DNA from: Neophaeotheca triangularis
Taxonomy: Eukaryota
Direction: 5' to 3'
DNA length: 64,000 nucleotides
NCBI GenBank assembly: GCA_054600435.1
Contig: BAAIJX010000010.1
Location: 310,001 to 374,000, forward strand
The translations under genes and the position numbers were made by a program. Positions 46,967-56,643 of this stretch are shown in pieces. Under the pieces are notes generated by a model that had not been told where the DNA came from, did not search any database, and saw only the letters and a list, made by a program, of their open reading frames with translations. Numbering within the stretch: position 1 is the first letter of the stretch; every line of letters begins with the position of its first letter.

Positions 46967-49167
46967 TCAACCAAGGCGTACTTCTTTCCACGTCCACTCG
47001 GCTGCTTCCCAAAGGCCGGCGTGAATCTGCCCAATACCCTCGCGGTAGGCTACATTCCCCTCCCAGGCTATGAGCATGACATTGAGCATTGGCATCCCGG
47101 ATGCAGTGTCCAACTCGACGCGGGCTGCGTCGTCCAGGAGGCCGGCATCGAATAGTACGGTCCAGTTCGTTTCCTCGTTCGAAAGTTGCTTGTCGACGCC
47201 GATCGCAGTGCCTTTGGAAAGGACGATGAATTCGCAGGCGCTGCCGCTGGCTACAGTAGTGTTCTCGTTTTTTGCTTGATCTAGCGCAACGCTGCCAACC
47301 CATTGACTACGACTGTGTATTCGATCGAGGCCGCTTTGTTGGCTCAGCGGGTCGGGGCGTGCATGGCAAACAAATTGGTTCCAGGGTTCGGGCTCGACGT
47401 GGAAAAACGCTGCTCGGGTTTTGAAGCACAAAACACCAGTTTGAATAGAAGCGAGTGTCCTGGTTATGGTTTCAGCGAGAGGCTGGCCGTGACTGCCGCG
47501 TAGGTCTTTGCTTTTGAAGACGCTGTGTTCGTGCATCAGGAACCATTCATGCACGCGCCGGCTGGCTGAGGTCGAAAGTTGACGCTGATCCTCGACTACA
47601 CTGTACTCGTATTCTATTGAACCAACCCAGCCAACCCATGACCACGAGGGGAAGAGCCTCCCAGGCGACAACGGAAGCCGCCGTCTCAGCGGCTTTCTAG
47701 CATGCCACAAAAGCCCCGTCTCGAATAATTGGCCAATGGGCAATCCGCACACGAAACCCATCTGATTGCCTCTGGTCCAGCATCCTAGTACCCCCTGGAT
47801 TGCGTTGAGTCCGTCAGATTCGTAAGACATCTCCCGTGTCGAATAGTCCCGAAGAACACACCACCAATCCGATATGGCATTCTGGGCCTGGAAGACTTCA
47901 AGACTAGGCCACGATTGCAGGCGATCGTCCGGTTCTGCCACCTCCAGCCTTTGCGTTCCGTTGGGGGAGACTGAGCGCACATAATCTTCAGCACAAGCGC
48001 CATGCCCGCACGAGTAGTATGCCATGCAGTCGCTATAGACGAGCAACCTGCCGGACAGGACATACTCTTGATAAGTCCAAGCTCGCTTGGCCCATGGGCT
48101 CTGCTTCAGCACGTCTTCCACGTTGGGTCCAACGCTTACGAACCTTTGGCCCCCTAGATTCACCACCGCCTGCATTGACCTAAGCCTCGCCGAAGCGGCA
48201 TTTCAGAGTCCGGCGTCTGCGTGTCGCCCGTGGGCCGCGATGATGGTCAGTATTCCGTTCAAGTATATCTTGTCCATTTGCTGTATTTGTGTGCTTTTTT
48301 CATGGTCGTCGTCTTGCAAGATGCAGATCGCATCGACCCACAAGTACCTCTCGCCCAGCATCCGTGTCACTTGAATAGCGTCCACTACAGTCTTGGGCAC
48401 AGGCGCCGTGTTGAGGTACCCAGGACGCGTCAATTGGCTCAAGGTATCCCGCGTCAGCAGCAAAGAATTGGTGGAGCCCCAGACGTATGACAAAGTGATG
48501 TATTCTGCTCGGGTGGTATCGCGACAACACAGGCGCGCTCCGTATCGATGACTCGTAGTCCTATCGGCATGGCAACTTCATTTCCCCCGGCTGTAAAGAT
48601 ACCGACTTGACGCCCGCATGCATTGCCATGAGTGTTGATGCATGTTCGGAAGCAGGTATGTAGGAAGGCTGCATCTGTGTCGCTTGGGATGAGCACGCGG
48701 CCCAGTTCTGTATTGAGATCTCCCTTGACAGCATCGTCGGCGAGCAAACGAAATGCTGGTTGGTATAGAGCAGTCACCGGAATCGATCCACCCGCGACTC
48801 TCTGAGAGGGGTAGAAGAAATTGAGGCGCAAAGACCACATGCTTCGTTGACCGCTCTCAAGTTGGCTTTGCGTATCTCCTTCGATGAAGCAGAACACCCT
48901 GCCCTGATCATGGGCTCGGAAGTCACGGCTCTGGTTGTAGATGAGGTTTACGAAATCGCACAAGGCACATCCTTTAGCTTCCGAGATGGAATTCATCCAG
49001 CCGACGTTAATATCTTCTATTTCTACACAACCTTGAACAGAGTTAGTCCTTTCGCCGACCGTCTTCGGCTGGATGATGCGCTGCACAATGTCATCGCAGA
49101 TGTCGTATGAATGAGGAATGTCTTCCACCAAGGCAGCTATCGCTGGAGAATCATTTTTGTCCCTCAT
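46967..49167 (-). pseudogene. HET-domain (heterokaryon incompatibility, HET-6/TOL-like) gene with one frameshift and one in-frame stop
   Basis: HET motifs LRVID, (AEYIT)LSYVWG, PKTVVDAIQV…ERYLWVDAICILQDD…QIQQMDKIY…TIIAA, WAKRAWTYQE, YSTREMSYESD and FPSWSWVGW. Frameshift near 48510; in-frame TGA at 48203..48205. Confidence 0.9.
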
Positions 49168-50921
49168 AAGCCTTGGTTCTCATCGCTCCCTGTGATTTTC
49201 AAGAGCGTCCTGTAAACTGCTTGTTGTTGGTGGCTGAAAAGGTTCGAGGTAACTTAGTCACGCATCGGATACGCTGAGCTAGTTTTATCCAAGGCAACGA
49301 TACTGGGGTTGACCTGCCATCGGTGTGAGAAGGCCACGGCCCTGAAAGGTTTTGTAACACGATCGCTCATCCTTGGTGCTGAAAGATGTCTTCTCTCCTC
49401 GACTAGGTTCTTTTCTGGTGCGGTGCGTACGCTTGCAGTTCGAGCTCCCGTCCTCATCCTGGCTAGAATACGTACAGCTGAACTTCACTTCACAATAGAG
49501 TAGGGCGGGCCCCTTGATCAGGGTGTTTGGAGGCAATCAAATCGACCATCTTGTTCGCGGACTTGACTCCGCAGTGGACACCCGATCCGCAATATAATCG
49601 TAGCTGTCTTCGGACGCTTCACTTTCAGAAAGAATCGGGCCGGGCATTCTAAGTCCGGGTCTATCATGTGATGGATAGCTTCCAATGGGCAGCGACTGTG
49701 TGCGTGGTCTCGCTTCTGTGTTGCTGCACGCTGTGAGAAGTCGTGGGTGGTGTTATTATGCTCGCAGTCTCTGCAAAATCTCACTCGCCTAGTTGAATGG
49801 CTGCGACTGCGTGCCTACAAAAGCCTGACGACAGGAGATGCCGGAGATGCAGATTTCTTCTAGGACAAGAAACACGCCACTTGTAAGTAGGCGAGATGAC
49901 AGCCTGATTTGGCGCTATGTTGTAACAGCAATTGCCGCCCGTGTAGAACGAGCCGTGTATAGTAGTGTCACAGTGTGTACTGCTCCGACGGTAACCGTAC
50001 GCCCAAGTCGCATGATTAGACAGATAACTACTACTAGATGTAGGTAGCGAACGACTTATAGTGGAAGTGCCTTGTCCTTGACCTACACACATTTTATTAT
50101 TACTTGAGTGAATACACTACCTTACCTCGAGCTTACCTTTACTACGAGGTACCGTGACTACAGTACCAAGTACCTACCTCTAGGCTCCCCCGCAATCAAG
50201 GGATTTGGGGGAGGCGCCAAGACGACTGCAAAGTCTTAAGATATCTACTTCCCTCAACCTACCTTTGTCTAGTAGGTACCTACTTAGGTAGGTCGGGTGT
50301 AAAGGTAAACAATAATAATAATAATAGGTACTACTACTGAAGGTGCATGGCGATTGCAGCAGTGATTATTATTATTACATTAATCTGCCTCCCCTCGTTC
50401 TGCGTACCCTACCGCACCGCACCGGTAAGTTAAGACACATTTTGATCTTATTATGTAACGGAAAGACGCTCAGCCTTTTGAGAATTTGTCCGGGTACCTA
50501 CCCTACCACTACTCTAGTACTCATTCATTATTGCCCAACACCTGCAGCCTCGCTTCTCTGCGGAGACACCGTACCTCCACCGTGGTACCGTCTTGAAAAA
50601 ACCGGGGTCGGTCTCGAGCCCGGTCGACGAATAACCAATAGGTGTAACATCCTTCACTTCCTTCGCCTAAAAGGCAGACTCTTCGCGCATACCGGCTACT
50701 TACTTTCCAGCTCTGTCTGGAAGCACCTGCATACACTACACTACAGCCTTTCCATCGGCGGCAAGTATCGCTGCGGCACGTACCTAGGCATCCACCGCCT
50801 CAACACTGCCTTGGTTCGAGCCTTTGCAGGACCCGGACTACCAATTCACTTCGCTCAATAGTCCTTGCGACAACTCGTGCTCTCGGACGGAATCAAGAAA
50901 TCACTCGATGCTGCTACGGGA

Positions 50922-52132
50922 ATGTCCAAGAAGGTAGTTGCGACCATCAATTCGACGGGAAGGCAGTCCGCCTCTCTCATTCGAGTTGCCTCAGCCGTCG
51001 GATGGCACGTCAAAGCCCAAATCCGTAGCCAGGATGGACTGGTCGCCGAAGAGCTCGCTAGCTTACCGGGCGTCGAGTTCATCGAAGGCGACTTGACGGG
51101 ACCCGATCGCAACGCAATTCTCCAACGATTGTTCGATGGCGTGAAAATCGCCTTTGTCAATACCACCCATTGGGGCGACGAAGTTGCAATTGGCAAAGCG
51201 TGTGCGGATGCTGCAAAAAAGGCCAAAGTCGCGCACTATGTCTACTCGAGCATGCCGGATCACTCTACCTATGGGATGGGATGGAAAGCCTTGCCAATGT
51301 GGTCTTCAAAATTCGCCATTGAGAACTACGTACGGCAAATCGGAATCCCAGCGACTTTCATCTACACTGGCATCTACAACAACAACTTTACTTCGTTGCC
51401 CTATCCACTCTTCCAAACGGAACCGCAAGACGACGGCAGTTTCATATGGCAAGCACCTTTCCACCCCGACGAGCCTCTTCCCTGGTTAGACGCCGAACAC
51501 GACGTTGGACCAGCTCTGCTGCAAATCTTCAAAATGGGTCCCAACCACTGGAAAGGTCAAAGGTAAGAAAAACTCCCTCACCTTCCACTGTTCCAACTAA
51601 CAAACCCCCCTCCAGAGTAACAATGGCCTTCGAGCGTCTAACACCAAAACAAGTCTGCCGCGCTTTCTCCCGCGGCATTAACCGCCCAGTCCACTACCGC
51701 CACGGCCCCATCAAAATCGCCGTCTCCGTCCCCTCAGGCTACCGCGAACAGCTCGAATGCCTGGAAGAAACCCTCGGGACCGAGCGCGCCCCCTACTTCG
51801 GTCCGGATCTCGAGTACCCAAATGAAGCCCGCAGCATCTGGGAAGGCTACCGCGGCATCGAAGAGTACGCTCGCGAAGCTTTCCCCATAGAGGAATACGC
51901 CAACGGGCTGAGGTGGATGGAGGAAAGTCCGGAGGGCGGCGACGGGGATGTCGCCATGGAGACGGAGAGCGAGGAGGCTAGCAGTCAGAGCGAGATGACC
52001 GTACCTGCGGGCATTAGTGGTGGCAGGCCAATTACGCCGCATGGCAGGGCAGTGCCCGCTTTCTCTAACGCTTACACTCCGCGATCGCATCCCGAGGGCC
52101 GCGAGGGCGACTTCTTCATCGGAAGTTGTTGA
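50922..52132 (+). CDS. nmrA: Nitrogen metabolite repression regulator NmrA
   Basis: INSTGRQSASLIRVASAVG, AFVNTTHWGDEVAIGKACADAA, HYVYSSMPDH, YNNNFTSLPYPLF, LPWLDAEHDVGP and YAREAFPIEEYANGLRWM; intron 51563..51615. Confidence 0.95.
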
Positions 52133-52777
52133 TCTCGAATGCGCTATCTGGGACTCCGCACCGCCAGGTCGGTGGATAGGTGCAGCATCCTAGCTGGGAC
52201 TCATCTGGCCTGACGAGTTTGCAATTTCTCTCTGGCGCCTTCGGACACAAAAACGAAAACATGGGATTGGGCAACAAAAGAAAAGAACAGGTTGAGAAAA
52301 AGGGTCGGCTCAAACTCGAAAAACTTAGACGCTGGCCTCGCCACACGCATGGTAACGAGGAAACGGCCGAAACACACAAAAGTTCTTGATGCATTTTTCG
52401 GTGGCGCTTCCATCTTTTCTTGCCGCCGCCACCGCCGCCTTACACTATGTAATCATCTGGGCGGTCTGTATCTTTCGAAGAACACGGACTCGCGGAGTCG
52501 TGAAAGGTTTGCTTTGAAAGTAGTGCTGAGCGGTGTGTATCTTATTGCATGCATGCATTGGGACATTATTTGCGCTTGGCTTGGCTTGTCTTTCCGAATG
52601 CAAGAAGTTTGCGGTGGTGGTGGTGGTGGTGGTGGTGTTTGTGAAGGTGGTTCGTGGGTATTTTACACATTGCTGGCTACATAGTACACACAAGATCTTT
52701 GAGCCATTTTCTGGAAGCACATCAGATGCGCACTCTCTTGCAATCTACTACCACTCCCGCGACTATCCATGTCACCC

Positions 52778-53911
52778 TTATTTCTTCACCTTCTTGCTGG
52801 GGGGCTGGCCGCTCCCGCTAGCAGTCCTGCCTTTGCCGCTCTTGGGGCCCTTTTGTTGTCCAACCAGCGCTCTAATGTCCACAGGCTCACCCTCGCCCTC
52901 ACCCTCAAGATCGCTGATATCGCCCTCCAACTCCTCGAAATCGCCTTCGCTCATCTCGTCGTCCATCTCCTGAGCTTGCATAAAATACCTCAAAGCACCG
53001 GGCCAAACATCATCCGCCAACGCAATAGCCAACTCATCACCCTGGGGATTCAACTCCACGACATCCCCATCATCCTCGCCGCCCTCCTCCTCCTCATCCA
53101 ACGTCTCCTTGGCCGCCGCCGCCGCTTCCTCAGGCGTAGGCTCCTCAACCTTCTCACCATTCCGCCTCCTCTCCCTCCTCTCCAAATGCGCCTTGGTAGC
53201 CGCCTCACTCTCCTCAGCACCAACCCACCTGCGACTGCCCACAAACCCAAACCAAGTAAAAAAGCTCTCGGCAGCCGGATTCGCCGTCTCCATAGCCCCC
53301 TTCAGCACCTCAAACTCCTTCAACTCCCTCGCACCCATCTCGCCCCGGGCCTTCCTCGCCTCAAACAACCCCACAGCCATCCCCACCAACCCCTTACTCA
53401 AATCCCTCCCCTTCTTCCACCGAATCCCGACGGGCTCCGAAACCAACCCACTCCACCCGTCCAACGCACGCCGGTACCAAAACGTCTTCTCCAAAACCGT
53501 GTCCTCGAACCACTCATTCTCCGCGAACTCGAACCGGAACCGCAAAGAGCGCGGATTGCCCGTGGAAGCTTCCGGCTCGATTTCCGGCCGCGACACCGTC
53601 ACCGAAAGCAGCGCTTCGGCGAAGACGGCGCTGTCTTGGGGTTGGATGAATCGGTCTATTTCCGGCGGCGCTTGTTCGAGGACTAGGGGCCAGAAGTTTG
53701 GGATCTTGGATACGGCGGCGGCGCGTTTGGCGTAGATGGGTTGCGAGAGATGGTATTGTTTTCGCACTGGGAGGTGGTTAGTTTTGGGGGGTTTTCTCGG
53801 GAAGTGGGGGTGTAGGGTACTCGTACTGATTTCTGTGTCGATTGCTTCGAAGTCATCTTCGATCTGGGCGAGGTCCTCGTAGGAGATGGCGGGGGTGTGG
53901 TCTTCTGCCAT
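52778..53911 (-). CDS. NAP/SET-family histone chaperone (Vps75-like)
   Basis: KRAAAVSKIPNFWPLVLE, FEFAENEWFEDTVLEKTFWY, IRWKKGRDL, ESFFTWFGF, LAIALADDVWPGALRYF, acidic tail and KKVKK NLS. 60-nt intron at 53767..53826. Confidence 0.9.
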   Translation of the reverse strand: MAEDHTPAISYEDLAQIEDDFEAIDTEISTSTLHPHFPRKPPKTNHLPVRKQYHLSQPIYAKRAAAVSKIPNFWPLVLEQAPPEIDRFIQPQDSAVFAEALLSVTVSRPEIEPEASTGNPRSLRFRFEFAENEWFEDTVLEKTFWYRRALDGWSGLVSEPVGIRWKKGRDLSKGLVGMAVGLFEARKARGEMGARELKEFEVLKGAMETANPAAESFFTWFGFVGSRRWVGAEESEAATKAHLERRERRRNGEKVEEPTPEEAAAAAKETLDEEEEGGEDDGDVVELNPQGDELAIALADDVWPGALRYFMQAQEMDDEMSEGDFEELEGDISDLEGEGEGEPVDIRALVGQQKGPKSGKGRTASGSGQPPSKKVKK

Positions 53912-54591
53912 GGTGGAAGCGGCGTTGGGGTATGTTGCGGTATAGTCTGTAATTGTGTAAGGTGTTGTTTTTAAAGGTTGATGAGTTCTTTAAACAAAAA
54001 AATGTCGAGCTTCGTAGGTAAAGGAGCTGGAGCTCAGCTCCCGGCCAGGTCGGAGTAGACCCTGAGAAAGGTACGTCAGGCTTGGCATATCCTGAGGCAT
54101 CTCGAGGTCAGCTCTTTAAGGTGTAGTCTGTCATTGGATTTTGTCGACAGCCGGGCATCTGACATTCAAGACATCCATATTCCATTGTTATTGCTAGGTA
54201 CCCGACATTATACAGACACGCTCTAGCAACGCGCCCACAAAGACTTTGCAACATTTTCCCGTTACACATTCTTTGGTAGTTATGGTATGAAAAGGTAGGA
54301 CAGTTTGCAGCATGCCGCTTTCTTTGGAGCGGACTTCTTTCATCATTCATAGGCTCGCTGCAAGCCACGGATGGCCACTTTCAGAGGAGTCACACACATA
54401 ATAACACACTTCTGCTCCCTCATTATGCTGCCGACACTTTCCTTGATAACGCCTTCACGGGCTTTCAAATATTTGACCGCTCTGAAGTTCTACATCCTCA
54501 AGTATACGCTATCCGAGTTAACTATTACTGCACAACAAGCAGCTTGTGTCTCATCTGTGGCATACCTCAGCCTCTAGCCTCTACTGAAAAG

Positions 54592-56037
54592 ATGGGCGGC
54601 GGTGCTTTCTCCCACGCCATTTCCGAGGGGCAGCCAGCTCTCACGACTCCTCGCATGAGCAGCGAGACATACCATCATTTGAGAGATGTCTACGAGCAAA
54701 GGCTCGCTGCATACTTCCAGAAGCATTTCCAAAACATCAACGACATCCGGACGACCACAACAATACCGGGGAAGGAAAGCCATGGCGATATCGACTTCGT
54801 CATAGGTAGGCCGGATGAGGACGTTGTCGACTTTTGCCACCTCGCAAGCGAAGTAGGGGCGGCCGCTGTTATGATCAGAGGTCCTGCCACGTGCTCGCTG
54901 GCAGTCCCAGATGACGGATCGCCTCACCATGGCTCACCTGTCCTTTACAAAGAAGCTTATGGCTCCCATACCAACAATCTCCCACCTGCAGCGCCGGAAA
55001 CCCCTGAACGGTACGCCCAAGTCGACGTGGAATTATGTCCTCCCGAAGACGTGGCATGGCACATTTTCTCATGTGCCTACGGCGACCTTGGAGGCATGAT
55101 AGGCAACATCACCACCAACCTGGGCTTGACAGTCAATCACCACGCCCTCGTTCTCCGCTTCCTTGAGACCGACAAAGTCCGCCCCCATTATCCACAACTT
55201 GGCGTCTCACAAGAAGAAAGCCAACTGGAGCTGACCAAAGACCCGAACGAACTCATGGACTTCCTAGGCATGGACACTGCCGTCTTCGCTCAAGGCTTCA
55301 GCACCATCCAAGACTTTTACGCCTGGCTCGCCACCTGTAACCTCCTTGACCCAGACGTCCTCAAAATCCGCCGGCACCGTGCCCGCAACGCGCAAAAGCC
55401 CAAACGTCCCATTTTCACCAACTTCTTCAAACACTACCTCCCGGCCCACGACACTCGTTTCGCCAGAAACCACGACAGGCAAGACAGTCCCAACAACGCA
55501 TCCCCGAGCCGCCCTTCCACAACTGACCACTGCGCCGAACCCCCTGCCAAAGCCGAACTTACAGACAACCTCTTCAGCCCCACAATCCTCAAGCACCGCG
55601 AAACTGCCAAAGAAGCCGCCCTCGCCTACTTCCCCTCCAAGCGCGCCGCTTACGAAGCCAAGCTCGCCCTAGCCCTACACAAGACGCGCACGAACATTGC
55701 TTGCGAGAAACTCAAAAGCGTCGTCGAAGCGTTCACTGGCAAGAAGGGCAAGAACGCTACGGAGATTGTACGAGCGCTGAGACGGTTTGTCACGTTCGAT
55801 GGGGATGGGGGGTTAGCAGTGAGTGAGGAGAGGTTGGGTGACGAAGGAGCGAGGGTAGGGGACTTGCTAGTCGAGGAGGAGGGGAAGGAGGGGAAGTGGG
55901 TTCTGAGGGATGAGCAAGGGGTGGAAGCTTGGGTGAGGGAGGAATGGGAGAATGTTAGGATGAGAGAGAGGACGGAGGCGAGGGCGGGCAGGGAGGGGAA
56001 GGAGAATGTCGCGCCTCTTGTGGGTTGTAGTGGGTAA
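54592..56037 (+). CDS. Uncharacterised Pol beta-superfamily (Pol X-like) nucleotidyltransferase
   Basis: Intronless 481-aa ORF from ATG 54592 (MGGGAF…). GKESHGDIDFVI supplies DxD and QVDVELC a third Asp; LGLTVNHHAL and ELMDFLG resemble thumb elements of X-family polymerases. The family call is by motif comparison only. Confidence 0.7.
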   Translation: MGGGAFSHAISEGQPALTTPRMSSETYHHLRDVYEQRLAAYFQKHFQNINDIRTTTTIPGKESHGDIDFVIGRPDEDVVDFCHLASEVGAAAVMIRGPATCSLAVPDDGSPHHGSPVLYKEAYGSHTNNLPPAAPETPERYAQVDVELCPPEDVAWHIFSCAYGDLGGMIGNITTNLGLTVNHHALVLRFLETDKVRPHYPQLGVSQEESQLELTKDPNELMDFLGMDTAVFAQGFSTIQDFYAWLATCNLLDPDVLKIRRHRARNAQKPKRPIFTNFFKHYLPAHDTRFARNHDRQDSPNNASPSRPSTTDHCAEPPAKAELTDNLFSPTILKHRETAKEAALAYFPSKRAAYEAKLALALHKTRTNIACEKLKSVVEAFTGKKGKNATEIVRALRRFVTFDGDGGLAVSEERLGDEGARVGDLLVEEEGKEGKWVLRDEQGVEAWVREEWENVRMRERTEARAGREGKENVAPLVGCSG

Positions 56038-56643
56038 GAGTGGTGTTTGAGAGTGAGGATCTGCTCGGTAATCTTGATGGAATATCTCTCTCTGGTCGTG
56101 TTTGCGCGGATAGCGTGTTAGCTTGGATTTTTTGGTGATCTAGGCCCGTTTCCGATAACGACCGGTCTAATCGAGACCCGATTTCGAACTTCTTGCCTTG
56201 AACCCCCTTCGCTTTCATGCCGTAGCACTAACAATTCTTCGCGACATTGAGCCGCTCTCGCTCTCGAATACACGATTTTCAACAGCCGTAAGACACTGGG
56301 ATGCGAAGGTAAGAGGGGAGCTGGGCACTATGACAGTGTGACAGACCCAGAGCGGTGGGCTTGGCTGCTCGCGTGAGCTTATGGGTAGGGTGTAGCATAA
56401 CTTGAAGTTTTCTCATGGTCACGATATCAAGTAGGTACATAGTCGAGTCGTGCAGGATAGTGGGAGCCTCATCGATTCCTCAAATAAAAAAATAAAAACC
56501 GCTATCTTGTGTATGCTCGTCAAATGCATCATCCGCCCATCAATCATCATTTCGGACCTAACTTTTCATCAACCCTCGCCACCGACATTACATGGCCCTA
56601 ACCCTATCCACGCTCTTACCCAGAGATAGAAACCCCCCAAAAA

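Noticed and set aside
50343..50861. 172-aa ORF upstream of nmrA
   Set aside because: GTG start and no domain; it lies in the probable promoter/5' UTR.
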